A DNA stretch of 64,000 bases from Candidatus Aminicenantes bacterium (GTDB lineage Bacteria > Acidobacteriota > Aminicenantia > Aminicenantales > JAFGBC01), in assembly GCA_963702005.1 (NCBI GenBank), contig OY969696.1, positions 3,616,001 through 3,680,000 on the forward strand, read 5' to 3'. Below the pieces are notes generated by a model, which worked only from the letters and a program-made list of their open reading frames with translations, was not told where the DNA came from and did not search any database. This document shows positions 24,859 to 34,428 of the stretch, one piece after another (position 1 is the first letter of the stretch; each line of letters starts with the position of its first letter). The translations under genes were made by a program, and so were the position numbers.

Positions 24859-26310
24859 CTAATAAGCGAATTTACTGAAATAGCTCCAGCGGGGATAGTC
24901 GCCGGCATAGAACCAGATCGTGTTGACAACGGCCAGCGAGCCGGAAGAGAAGGCCCTGATCAAGGGCTCGAGAACAAACGCCTCCTTCTCGAACGTGAAG
25001 CTCTGAGCCTTGAGCGCGACGGCTCCAGTCAGGGCATTGATGGAATAAAAACAGTACTGCTGCTCATATCGGTTGGAGTCGCCATCTTTCCGGCCGTTTG
25101 CGCCGTTTTTCCTGTCGTAGATGGAATGAGCCCGAGAGGTATACAGAGTCCCGCCCCTGGCCGCCAGAGGAGACCAAATATCATCCGGATACTCAATTTC
25201 GGCGTCCGGGTCGTAGACGAGCTTATGGGTCAAAACCGGCACGGATATTTTTTGGCTATTGAGAAGAGTCCCCGCCCCGCCGATCCTATTCAGGCTGAAG
25301 CTGTAGCTAAACATATCCAGTTTCCGCTTGGCTTCGGGCACGTACTTCTGCTTCTTTAGGAAGAGGATTTGGTCGGCCGCCGTATCCGGATAGGGTGTCA
25401 GCCACATATCGCCGTAGGGCTCCCAGCCGGGCGTCATGTCGGACGCAATTCCGTGGGCAACGGCCTTGTGAGCCGCATCCGAGCCCACCGTATAAACGAA
25501 GGCTTTTTTCCCATAAATATCCTCCTCCCCTCCGGGGCTCTTCATGAGGACCGCGGCGACGGGGACGAGCCAGCACAGCCCGTTCCAGGCCGGAGCATAG
25601 CCTTGGGCATCCAGATAATCACCGCCCTGGGGAAGCTGCAGCAGGACGGGCGTTCCGACAAGGTCACCCTGCTGGCTGCCGATCTCCAGGAAATAAACCA
25701 GGGATTTTCTTTGGCCTTGATTGTAGTTATAGGACAAGGTGGAAACGACGGCGACGGAATTCCCCCGGCTTAAAGCGAAAATATTTTCGCTGCCGATATA
25801 GCGGCCGGCGGGACTTTTGACCTTGAGGAGTTCCTTCCAGTCCCCCACGACCTTTCCCTGGGAATCGAACTTTGCCATCCAGACACTGGCCGTCTCCGAC
25901 TTGGGATTGGAAATGTAGACTTCGAAAAGGACGAAGACGTAGCCGAAGGGGGTACCGGCGTCGACGCCGGCCAGGCCACCCTCGAACCAGACGCAGGCCG
26001 CCTCATAAGGTCTCCCCTTCCCGGTGGCGATGGTCTGAGGAGGAGAAACGGCGCCGGTATTGGACATCTTGAAACTGACCAAGCTGTAATTATAGGTGCC
26101 CTTGCCCTGGTTCCCGGCAAAGGCGACGGCCGAAGTCTGGGACACCGGCACCCAGTCAAAGACGCCTTTGAAAACGCCAAATCCCCCGGTGCTGAGCTTC
26201 TTCAGGGGATAGGCAGGGACGCCGTCCGGACCGGCAGACGCCGCCGCTCCGGCTAAGAGAATTCCCGCACAAACAAGCCATAGACCGACCCCTTTCCATC
26301 GTCCGTTCAT
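24859..26310 (-). CDS. Secreted hypothetical protein, beta-strand rich
   Basis: GGAGG SD, signal peptide, 483-aa ORF, no recognised family. Confidence 0.7.
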   Translation of the reverse strand: MNGRWKGVGLWLVCAGILLAGAAASAGPDGVPAYPLKKLSTGGFGVFKGVFDWVPVSQTSAVAFAGNQGKGTYNYSLVSFKMSNTGAVSPPQTIATGKGRPYEAACVWFEGGLAGVDAGTPFGYVFVLFEVYISNPKSETASVWMAKFDSQGKVVGDWKELLKVKSPAGRYIGSENIFALSRGNSVAVVSTLSYNYNQGQRKSLVYFLEIGSQQGDLVGTPVLLQLPQGGDYLDAQGYAPAWNGLCWLVPVAAVLMKSPGGEEDIYGKKAFVYTVGSDAAHKAVAHGIASDMTPGWEPYGDMWLTPYPDTAADQILFLKKQKYVPEAKRKLDMFSYSFSLNRIGGAGTLLNSQKISVPVLTHKLVYDPDAEIEYPDDIWSPLAARGGTLYTSRAHSIYDRKNGANGRKDGDSNRYEQQYCFYSINALTGAVALKAQSFTFEKEAFVLEPLIRAFSSGSLAVVNTIWFYAGDYPRWSYFSKFAY

Positions 26311-26319
26311 GCCCGCCTC

Positions 26320-26790
26320 CTATTTTTTCCGATTTTTCTTAGCGCGTCCAAAATCGATATCGTCCGGGAGCTCATTGACGTCCGTCGCCGCGTCGTAGGG
26401 GAAGTGGGCCTTGAGCTTGTCCCCGGCCGACTTGATCGCGGCGACCAGGCCCTCCGTGAATTCCCTTTTCCTGAAGCTCCCGGAGAGGACCGCGGCCAGC
26501 CCGTCCCAAAACTCCTGGCCGACCTTGGCGTGAATGCCCTCGTCGCCCAAGACGGCGAACGTCCGGCGCGAAGGCACGATGAAGAACAGAATGCCGTTCC
26601 GGGCCTTGGTCTTGGTCATCCCCATCCGGACGAAGGCTTTCTCGGCGACTTTTCGGACCGATCCCCAGAAAAAGGGCGCGACCGAAACCCGGATTTCCCC
26701 CGACGTTTCGTGTTCGGCTTCCCGGATCGCTTCGCGAACCCCATCGACGTCGATGAGCTTTCTAAGTCTACGCCGTGTCATGCCTATCAT
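26320..26790 (-). CDS. TPM domain protein
   Basis: AE.ETSGEIRV, TKARNGILF, GDEGIH and NELPD motifs. Confidence 0.9.
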   Translation of the reverse strand: MIGMTRRRLRKLIDVDGVREAIREAEHETSGEIRVSVAPFFWGSVRKVAEKAFVRMGMTKTKARNGILFFIVPSRRTFAVLGDEGIHAKVGQEFWDGLAAVLSGSFRKREFTEGLVAAIKSAGDKLKAHFPYDAATDVNELPDDIDFGRAKKNRKK

Positions 26791-26802
26791 CGCCGCCCTC
26801 CC

Positions 26803-27543
26803 CTACCAGGAGCCCGAGGCCCCGCCGCCGCCCGATCGGCCTCCCCCGCCGCGGAATCCCCCTCCTCCGCCGCCCCCGCCCCGGCCCCCGGACAGGATGG
26901 AAAAGAGGAGCCAGAGGGCCAAGGAGGGATTGGTGATGAACAGGATGAGAAACCCGATGACGGCCAGGATGATGAAGATTTTATTGACGGAAGACAGCGG
27001 CTTGGACTTGACGCCCTCGCCGCCCGCTTCGGCGGATTGCCCCTGGGGCCCGGCGATGGCGTCGAGAACGCCCGTCACGGCCTCGGTCACGGCCCGGTCA
27101 TTGTCGCCGGCCTGGATGCCCGGGACAAGGATATCGTTGATGATCCGTCCCGCGATGATGTCGGGGACGACCCCTTCCAGGCCGTAGCCGACTTCGATTC
27201 GCGCCCTCCGGTCCTCGGCCATGATGAACAGGACGAGGCCGTCGTCGAGGCCGCGCCGTCCCACCTGCCAGGCCTTGAAGACGCGGACCGCCCAGTCCTC
27301 GATCGGGACGCCGCCCGTCGTCCGACCGATGTAGACTAGGATTTGATGGCCGGTCGAACGCTCGAAGGATTCGAGCCGCGCGTCGAGGTCGGCCCGCGTC
27401 GCGGCGGAAATGAACCCGGCCTCATCCGTCACCCAGCGGTCGGGCGAGGGCGGGAGGGGCGTTTCCTGGGCGGCAGACCCGGCCAAGGGGACGAGGACGA
27501 GAACCGCCCCGGCCAGGATCGAAAAGACGCGCCGCGGACGCAC
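26803..27543 (-). CDS. TPM domain protein (YgcG-like) with Gly-rich tail
   Basis: WVTDEAG, RIEVGYGLEG and C-terminal GGGGRSGGGGASGSW. Confidence 0.92.
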   Translation of the reverse strand: MRPRRVFSILAGAVLVLVPLAGSAAQETPLPPSPDRWVTDEAGFISAATRADLDARLESFERSTGHQILVYIGRTTGGVPIEDWAVRVFKAWQVGRRGLDDGLVLFIMAEDRRARIEVGYGLEGVVPDIIAGRIINDILVPGIQAGDNDRAVTEAVTGVLDAIAGPQGQSAEAGGEGVKSKPLSSVNKIFIILAVIGFLILFITNPSLALWLLFSILSGGRGGGGGGGGFRGGGGRSGGGGASGSW

Positions 27544-27570
27544 AGATAAGACTCGGCTAAATCAGTCTGA

Positions 27571-28179
27571 TCAGAACTTAACCTTGGGAGCCGTCTCTGC
27601 GCCCGCCTGGGCCTGGAAGAAGGCCTTTTCCTTGAATTTTTCGCCGAAGAATCCGGCAATCAAGACGGTGGGAAATTTGTTACGCTTCGTATTGAAGGCC
27701 TGGGCCGTCTCGTTGAAGCGCTGGCGCTCGACGGCGATCCGGTTCTCGGTCCCCTCGAGCTGGACCTGGAGGTCCCGGAAGTTTTGGGTCGCCTTGAGCT
27801 CGGGATACTTCTCGACGACGACCAGTAGCCTCGACAGGGCCGAACCCAAGCCGTCCTGGGCCGCCTGGAACTTGGCGAAGGCCTCGGGATTATTGACGAT
27901 GCTCTCGTCCAACTTGACCTGGCCGACCTTGGCCCGGGCTTCGGTTACGGCCGTGAAAGTGTCCTTCTCGAAGGCGGCGGCGCCCTTGACGGTCTCGACC
28001 AGGTTGGGTACGAGGTCGGCCCGCCTCTGGTAGACGTTTTCAACCTGGGCCCACTGGGAGCGGACGCCCTGGTCCAGCGTCACCAGCGAGTTATAGGTCC
28101 CGGCGACGCTGAAGCCGATGATGATGAGGAGCAGCACCAGGACGCCCAAACAACCGAGGAGAGTTTTGCTCTTTGCCAT
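27571..28179 (-). CDS. lemA: LemA family protein
   Basis: YQRRADLVPNLV, EKYPELKA and LEGTENRIAVER motifs. Confidence 0.95.
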   Translation of the reverse strand: MAKSKTLLGCLGVLVLLLIIIGFSVAGTYNSLVTLDQGVRSQWAQVENVYQRRADLVPNLVETVKGAAAFEKDTFTAVTEARAKVGQVKLDESIVNNPEAFAKFQAAQDGLGSALSRLLVVVEKYPELKATQNFRDLQVQLEGTENRIAVERQRFNETAQAFNTKRNKFPTVLIAGFFGEKFKEKAFFQAQAGAETAPKVKF

Positions 28180-28227
28180 GGTCTGTGTTTCCTTTCCTCC
28201 TGAAGTTCTCGACCCGAAGTCGAATTC

Positions 28228-28256
28228 ATTGTATCGGGAACCCGCCCCGAATTCAA
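28228..28256 (-). promoter_or_regulatory. Sigma70 promoter of lemA-TPM operon
   Basis: TTGAAT-17 nt-TACAAT. Confidence 0.6.
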
Positions 28257-28311
28257 GGCGGCGTTCCCGCCGGGCCGCCTTTGTTGTTATACGCGAAAAA
28301 CCGGGATTTGT

Positions 28312-29451
28312 TTATTTCCAGATGATCCTGTACCTCTTGACGAGAGGGATGTCCTCGTCGCCTTCGTTGGCCCATGTGTATATACTGTCGTTCTTAATGA
28401 CTTCAACCCGTTCCCGTTCATCCAGCGGGAATCTGGAGATATAGCGCCCCTCCGGATCGAAGACATCAAAATAGGTTCCGCCCTTGCCGTCCTTTTCATA
28501 GGTCTTAACATATATTTTGCCGACGTCATCGCTCACAATCCGGGAAGCGACGGGATATTGCCCCGGGAATTCATATTGAACTTGAATCCCGCCCGACCGG
28601 GACCGCTCTTCCTTCAAGATTTTTTCTTTATCCGCGTCCGTAATCTTGACGGATGGATGGTCCTTGAGGATTCGTTTGACCGTGACGCCCTTTGCGTTCA
28701 CGACATGGATATCGTAGGCCGAGGTATGGAGCCATATGAATTCGTCGTTTTTCGACACGGCGAAAATGCAGGTGGGAGCGAACGGATTCATCATCCCACG
28801 CTTTCCGATCGCCTGAGCGGAATGATAATTGGCGATCGGTTTGAAGGACGCGTCGAGCTTTATCAATTCCTCAAGCCCCTTAGGATCCCGGCTCATCTTA
28901 AGCAGATAAATATCCCCCTTGGAATCCATAATAAAATATCCCATCGGAAGACGACCCGCGTCTACAGTCTTCAGGACCGTTCCCTCGGGCGTCAGATAGG
29001 TCAAGCGGCGGCTCAGGACGTCGTAGACGACGAGGTCTCCATTCGGCCTGATCCAGATCTGGCCCGGCCCGCTGTATTCCCCCGGCCCCTGCCCGCTCTT
29101 ACCGAAGGCTCGCAGGAACCTCCCCTTAGGATCGAAGACTCTGATTATTATTGATTTAGGGTCTATGGTGTAAATATTTCCGTCCTCATCGACGGCCAGA
29201 GAGTTCAGCCAAGAGAACCAATAATTTTCTTTGTCCTGATTTCGTCCGATGACAAGCTCTTCCACGATGGAAGCGGTTGAACGATATCCCGGAGGCGGGA
29301 CGGGAAGGTTGGGATTTCGGACAACAGTCACCCCGTCTTCGGTCTTGACGCTTATGGCCTGAGGCCGCAGGATAGCGGGCTCCAACAGGACCTCGACTAA
29401 GACGATCGCTGAGATCCCAATTCGGCAGCAAGCCAGGAATCGTCTATTCAT
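28312..29451 (-). CDS. 6-bladed beta-propeller (NHL-like) exported protein
   Basis: AVDEDGNIY, VFDPKGRFLRAFGKSGQGPGE and DVFDPEGRYI repeats. GGAGG SD. Confidence 0.85.
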   Translation of the reverse strand: MNRRFLACCRIGISAIVLVEVLLEPAILRPQAISVKTEDGVTVVRNPNLPVPPPGYRSTASIVEELVIGRNQDKENYWFSWLNSLAVDEDGNIYTIDPKSIIIRVFDPKGRFLRAFGKSGQGPGEYSGPGQIWIRPNGDLVVYDVLSRRLTYLTPEGTVLKTVDAGRLPMGYFIMDSKGDIYLLKMSRDPKGLEELIKLDASFKPIANYHSAQAIGKRGMMNPFAPTCIFAVSKNDEFIWLHTSAYDIHVVNAKGVTVKRILKDHPSVKITDADKEKILKEERSRSGGIQVQYEFPGQYPVASRIVSDDVGKIYVKTYEKDGKGGTYFDVFDPEGRYISRFPLDERERVEVIKNDSIYTWANEGDEDIPLVKRYRIIWK

Positions 29452-29622
29452 GGATTACCCTCCAATTTCCTTGCCATCGTCCCCTTGCCTTTAACACAGG
29501 GATATCAATTACTTAGTCCCATTTTGAAGATAATGTCAAGACGAACCTGAATTCATGTAAAATATCCCCATGAATCGGCCGCAACGGCCAAAATCGGCGC
29601 GCTCTTCGAAGGGAGTCTCATT

Positions 29623-32163
29623 ATGAACATGTTGAAATCCTTATTTTCTGCTTTTCTAATCTTTATCGCGGCCGCGGCCGGCCCGGCCGCCGCCGGCCCC
29701 GCGTCTTCTGAAAGTCTGGAGAGGATATCGCTTGACGGAGCCTGGGAATTCAAGAATATCAAGGACGCCGCCTGGCGCCCGGCCGTCGTCCCCGGCTGCG
29801 TCCACACCGACCTCCTGGCGGCGGGCCTCATCCCCGATCCTTTCATCGGGGACAATGAAAATAAAGTCCAGTGGGTCGACAAGGAGGACTGGGAATACCG
29901 GAGGACGTTCGAGGTCTCGCCCACCCTTCTCGCCCGCGGCCATATCGAGCTCGTCGCCCGCGGCCTGGACACCTACGCCCATATTTATCTCAACGGCCAC
30001 CTGCTCGCCGAGACGAACAACCAGTTCCGCCTCTGGCGTTTCGACGTCAAGCCCTTACTCGCCGCCGGCGAGAATGAGATTCGGATCGTCTTCGATTCGC
30101 CGCTGAGGCGTGAAAACGAGCTCAAGGGCCGCCTTCCCTACCGGCTCCCGGGCGAGGCGCCCCACTCCCGGAAATCGCCCTATCATTTCGGCTGGGACTG
30201 GGGGCCGCGGCTGACGACGAGCGGGGTGTGGCGGCCGATCGGGCTCGAAGCCTGGGACGGCGCGAGGATCGAGGACGTCCAGGTCCTTCAGGAACCCAAG
30301 CCGAAAGGCGTCGTCGACCTCCGCATCCGCGTTCAGGTCCTTTCCGACCTGGCCCAGGATCTCGCCCTCAAGGCGGTTCTGTCCGGGCCTCAAGCGCTCG
30401 ACAAGAGTCTCAAGATCCGCGTTCCGCAGGGGGAGTCGTGGCACGAGGTCCTGCTCAGCCTCAAGAAGCCGGCCCTGTGGTGGCCGAACGGAATGGGCGG
30501 ACAGCCCCTCTATACGGCGGCGGCCGCGCTCAGCCGCAGCACGGCTCTCCTCGACGCCGGCTCGCGCCGGATCGGAATCCGGACCCTGACTCTGGAACAA
30601 AAGCCCGACGAGTGGGGAACGAGTTTCTATTTCGCCGTGAACGGCGTCCCCCTCTTCGCCAAGGGCGGAAACTGGATCCCGGCCGATAGCTTCGCCGGCC
30701 GCGTCACGCCCGATAAATACCGCCGGCTGCTCGGCTCCTGCCGCGAGGCCAATATGAACATGGTCCGGGTTTGGGGCGGCGGCTACTACGAGAATCCCGA
30801 GTTCTACGACCTGTGCGACGAGCTGGGCCTCCTCGTCTGGCAGGACTTCATGTTCGCTTGCGCCCTCTTCCCGGGCGACCAGGCCTTCCTCGACAACGTC
30901 AAGCTCGAAGCCGAGGACGTCGTCCGCGCCCTCCGCCATCACCCCTCGATCGCGCTCTGGTGCGGGAACAACGAGTGCGAGGAGGGCTGGTTTTTTTGGG
31001 GTTGGAAGGAAACGCTCCCGGCCAAGGTCTTCGAGGATTATCAAAAAATATTCGACGGCATCCTCCCCAAGGCCGTGGCCGATTTTGACCCGGGACGGCC
31101 CTACTGGCCCAGCTCGCCCCACTCGACCCAAACCGGAGATCCCCGCTCGGAGCGCTCCGGCGACATGCACGTCTGGACGGTCTGGCACGGGATGGAGCCG
31201 TTCTCGGGATACACCAAGAAAGGCCACCGCTTTATGAGCGAGTTCGGTTTCCAGAGCTTCCCCCTGCTCGAGACGGTCAAAGCCTACGCCGCTCCCGAGG
31301 ATTGGAACCTGACCTCGCCGATCATGGAGCTCCACCAGAAGCACCCGACCGGGAACAAGCTCATCCTCTACTACATGCTCGACCACTACCGGCTCCCCAA
31401 GGACTTTCCCTCCCTCCTCTGGCTGAGCCAAGTCCTCCAGGCCGAGGGGATGAAGACGGCCGTCGAATACTGGCGGAGCGTAATGCCCCGGACCATGGGC
31501 GCCCTCTACTGGCAGCTCGACGACTGCTGGCCGGTCGCCTCCTGGTCGGGAATGGATTATTTCGGGCGTTGGAAGGCTCTCCATTTCTATGCCAAGAGGT
31601 TCTACGCGCCGCTCATCGTCGTGCCCCGGGTCCGTGAGGGCCGGCTCGAAGTCAGCGCCGTCTCCGACCTCGACGCCGAGACCGACGCCGAGTTCGTTTG
31701 GCAGGCCGGGACTTACGAGGGCCGCGTCCTCGTCTCGGGGAGCGAGCCCGTCCGCGTCAAGCCCCGGGCGAGCGCCGTCGTTTGGGCGCGACCGGTCGCG
31801 GAGCTCAAGGGAGGCCTCGCCGACGAAGAGGTCTATTTCGCCTGCGAAATCGTCCGGAAGGGAGAACGGCTCAACGCCAACGCGTTCCACTTCTCGGAGC
31901 TCAAGCGGGTCCGCCTCCCCAAGCCCCAGATCCGTTTCGAAGTCCGGGCCGAAGGCTCCTCCATCAAGATTGACCTCGATAGCTCTGTCTTCGCCAAGGA
32001 CGTCTATCTCGAAGCGGACGGCGTCCCGGGACGATTCTCCGACAATTTCTTCGACATTATCCCGGGACGGAAAACGACCGTGACCTTCGAACCGGAAGAA
32101 AAGACGGAAGCGAGGATCCTCGAAAAAACCTTAAGAATCAGGAGCTTACGGGACGGCTACTAA
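29623..32163 (+). CDS. Secreted beta-mannosidase (GH2)
   Basis: GLDT, RKSPYHFGWDWGP, RVWGGG, WQDFMFAC, WCGNNE, SEFGFQS and YWQLDDCWP motifs. Confidence 0.95.
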   Translation: MNMLKSLFSAFLIFIAAAAGPAAAGPASSESLERISLDGAWEFKNIKDAAWRPAVVPGCVHTDLLAAGLIPDPFIGDNENKVQWVDKEDWEYRRTFEVSPTLLARGHIELVARGLDTYAHIYLNGHLLAETNNQFRLWRFDVKPLLAAGENEIRIVFDSPLRRENELKGRLPYRLPGEAPHSRKSPYHFGWDWGPRLTTSGVWRPIGLEAWDGARIEDVQVLQEPKPKGVVDLRIRVQVLSDLAQDLALKAVLSGPQALDKSLKIRVPQGESWHEVLLSLKKPALWWPNGMGGQPLYTAAAALSRSTALLDAGSRRIGIRTLTLEQKPDEWGTSFYFAVNGVPLFAKGGNWIPADSFAGRVTPDKYRRLLGSCREANMNMVRVWGGGYYENPEFYDLCDELGLLVWQDFMFACALFPGDQAFLDNVKLEAEDVVRALRHHPSIALWCGNNECEEGWFFWGWKETLPAKVFEDYQKIFDGILPKAVADFDPGRPYWPSSPHSTQTGDPRSERSGDMHVWTVWHGMEPFSGYTKKGHRFMSEFGFQSFPLLETVKAYAAPEDWNLTSPIMELHQKHPTGNKLILYYMLDHYRLPKDFPSLLWLSQVLQAEGMKTAVEYWRSVMPRTMGALYWQLDDCWPVASWSGMDYFGRWKALHFYAKRFYAPLIVVPRVREGRLEVSAVSDLDAETDAEFVWQAGTYEGRVLVSGSEPVRVKPRASAVVWARPVAELKGGLADEEVYFACEIVRKGERLNANAFHFSELKRVRLPKPQIRFEVRAEGSSIKIDLDSSVFAKDVYLEADGVPGRFSDNFFDIIPGRKTTVTFEPEEKTEARILEKTLRIRSLRDGY

Positions 32164-33956
32164 GACGCCTTTTTCGCGTCGCGTTTCTCGAGCTTATCCC
32201 TGAGGACCAAGGCCGGCTTCCAGTCGGGAGCCATCTCTAAAACCCGGCGGTTGAGCTGACGCGCCTCCTCCCAATCGCCCTGCTTGGCCGCCAGGACCGC
32301 CTTGTCGTGGAGGGCCTCGATGTTCTTGGGGTTGATGGCCAGGGCCCGGTCCAAGTGCTTAAGGGCCCGGTCGACATCGCCCAGCGTTCCGTAGACTACC
32401 CCCAGGTCAACCTGGACTCCGTCGAATTCGGGCTCGATTTCGGCGGCCTTCAGGTACCATCCGAGCGCCGCCTGGAAATCCTTCCGGCGCGACGCCAAAT
32501 TGCCCAAGTTCAGGCAGGAAAGAAAATTCGTGGGATCGGCGGCCAGCGCTTCGATATAGTTTTTCTCCGCTTCGTCGAGCCGTCCCAGCTTGTCGTAGAC
32601 CACGGCCAGGTTGTAGTGAGTCAAATCCTTTCGATACTCGAACCCGGCCAGATGAGGCGCGGCGAGGGCAAGGACGATCCCGGCCCCTCCCAAGACGCGT
32701 TTGAAGCCGAGGCCCGTCCTCAAGCCTTGCCAGAACTCGACAAGCGGTACGGATGCGAATAATAAAAGAGCCGGGACGACCGGAACCCGATACCGTGAGA
32801 AAAGAAAGAAGATGATGGTCGAAGCCATCCAGGCCAGGATGAAAATCCAGGTGGGGGCCATCGTCCTCCAGGCACGGCGCTTGAGGACCAACCCGGCCAG
32901 GGCCAGCAGGCTGACCGCGCCGAATTCGACCAGGGGGAGGCCAAGGACGAACGACTTGGAACGGACGTAATAGTAATCGACGGCGTCCGGCCGTTCGTAC
33001 CATTCCCAGAACATCCTCGTCTTCTTGGCCAGCAAGCGGAGGAAATCGCCGGGGTTAGCACGGGCCCAGCGCAGGGCCTTGCCCATCCAGAAGCGAGAGG
33101 ACTGGGCGGCCGTCAGGGGATGTCCCGTTTCCTGTTCGGCGACGCGAATCGGCTCGCTCCGTTCGTATTCGGGCATGTGTTTGCCGGGGACTATCGATTG
33201 GTACCAGCCGTCGGCGGCCGCGTTGTTGCCGATGTAGAAATTGACGCCACCCTGGAACGTCGTGGGGAGAAAAACGCCCCCGACGATCCCGTTCCGGAGC
33301 GCGACGGGGAGGAGGACAAGAAGGCAGCCGCCGACGAGGCCGGCGGCGCTCCGGAGCCGCCGGCCCCAGCCATCTTCCTTCCTGAAAGTTAGGAGGACGA
33401 GGACGGGCAGGACGAGAAGCATGTTCTCGCGCAGGAGCGCGATAAGGCCGGTCAGCAGCCCCGCCCCGAGCCAGGTCGCGGCCCGTCCCTTGTCCCGGGC
33501 CGAGGCCAGGGTCCAAAGAAGGAAACACACGAGGTTGACGGCCGGGGATTCCTTGAGGACTTGGACGTCGTAGAAAATGAAGACTCCATAGAGAGCGGCC
33601 AGGCCGGCAGCCGCGAGGCCATAGCTTTCCCCGAGCAGCAACCGGCCCGCCCGGTAAAGGGCGTAGATCCCGGCCAGGCTGAATAGAATCTGAAGGAGAT
33701 AGACGGCCGCGTAGGAATGCCCCCAGACGGCGTAGATCAAGGCCAGAAGGTAGGGATAGAGAGGCGCCTGGAAGAAGAGCTCCCGGCCCAGCCAGTCGCC
33801 CTTCACGATCCGGCCGGCCCAGTTGTCGTATTCCCAGCTGTCCATGGCCGGCTGGCCGAAGAAAGGCTGATGACGGACCTGGAGCCAGTGGCCGACCCTG
33901 AGCAATCCGGCGACGGCCAGGATCAAGATCAAAATCGCGGGAATGCACTTCTTCAC
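32160..33956 (-). CDS. GT-C (PMT/ArnT-like) membrane glycosyltransferase with C-terminal TPRs
   Basis: DSWEYD, QAPLYPY, GGVNFYIGNN and RYRVP motifs, many TM helices, TPRs. Probable GTG start at 33956. Confidence 0.8.
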   Translation of the reverse strand: MKKCIPAILILILAVAGLLRVGHWLQVRHQPFFGQPAMDSWEYDNWAGRIVKGDWLGRELFFQAPLYPYLLALIYAVWGHSYAAVYLLQILFSLAGIYALYRAGRLLLGESYGLAAAGLAALYGVFIFYDVQVLKESPAVNLVCFLLWTLASARDKGRAATWLGAGLLTGLIALLRENMLLVLPVLVLLTFRKEDGWGRRLRSAAGLVGGCLLVLLPVALRNGIVGGVFLPTTFQGGVNFYIGNNAAADGWYQSIVPGKHMPEYERSEPIRVAEQETGHPLTAAQSSRFWMGKALRWARANPGDFLRLLAKKTRMFWEWYERPDAVDYYYVRSKSFVLGLPLVEFGAVSLLALAGLVLKRRAWRTMAPTWIFILAWMASTIIFFLFSRYRVPVVPALLLFASVPLVEFWQGLRTGLGFKRVLGGAGIVLALAAPHLAGFEYRKDLTHYNLAVVYDKLGRLDEAEKNYIEALAADPTNFLSCLNLGNLASRRKDFQAALGWYLKAAEIEPEFDGVQVDLGVVYGTLGDVDRALKHLDRALAINPKNIEALHDKAVLAAKQGDWEEARQLNRRVLEMAPDWKPALVLRDKLEKRDAKKAS

Positions 33957-33966
33957 GGCGGCGCCT

Positions 33967-34004
33967 TCGCCCCGTCGCGAGACTATCGTCTCGCGACGGG
34001 GCGA
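33967..34004. repeat. Perfect 17-bp inverted repeat after rplQ
   Basis: TCGCCCCGTCGCGAGAC-TATC-GTCTCGCGACGGGGCGA. Confidence 0.85.
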
Positions 34005-34017
34005 TTGTCCCAAAACC

Positions 34018-34422
34018 CTATTTAGCGGAGGTTTTCTTTTCCTTCTTCTTGATTTTCTTCTTGAACTCGGAGCCGACAAGCTCGATCATGGCCATGCGAG
34101 CCCCGTCGCCCGAGCGAAGGTCGAGCTTGACGATCCGGGTATAGCCGCCCGGCCGCTCGGCGAAGCGGGGGCCGATCTCGCCGAACAGCTTGGTGACGGC
34201 CGATTCCTTGTAGAAAAACGCCAGGGCTCTCCGCCGGGCGGCCAGCGTGTTGGCCTTGGCCAGGGTGATCATCTTCTCGGCCAGGGGGCGGGTCTCCTTG
34301 GCCTTGGCCAGGGTCGTCCGGATCCGCTCTTTCTCTATGAGCGAGGCGACGAGATTCCGGAGCAAGGCCATCCGGTGCTCGGTCGTCCGCCGGAGCTTCC
34401 TGCCTGCGACTGCGTGCCTCAT
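34018..34422 (-). CDS. rplQ: 50S ribosomal protein L17
   Basis: MRH....KLRRTTEHR and RPGGYTRI motifs. Confidence 0.98.
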   Translation of the reverse strand: MRHAVAGRKLRRTTEHRMALLRNLVASLIEKERIRTTLAKAKETRPLAEKMITLAKANTLAARRRALAFFYKESAVTKLFGEIGPRFAERPGGYTRIVKLDLRSGDGARMAMIELVGSEFKKKIKKKEKKTSAK

Positions 34423-34428
34423 GAGGGT

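Noticed and set aside
26803-26890. GGC/GGA-rich repeat
   Set aside because: It encodes the ordinary Gly-rich tail of YgcG/TPM proteins.
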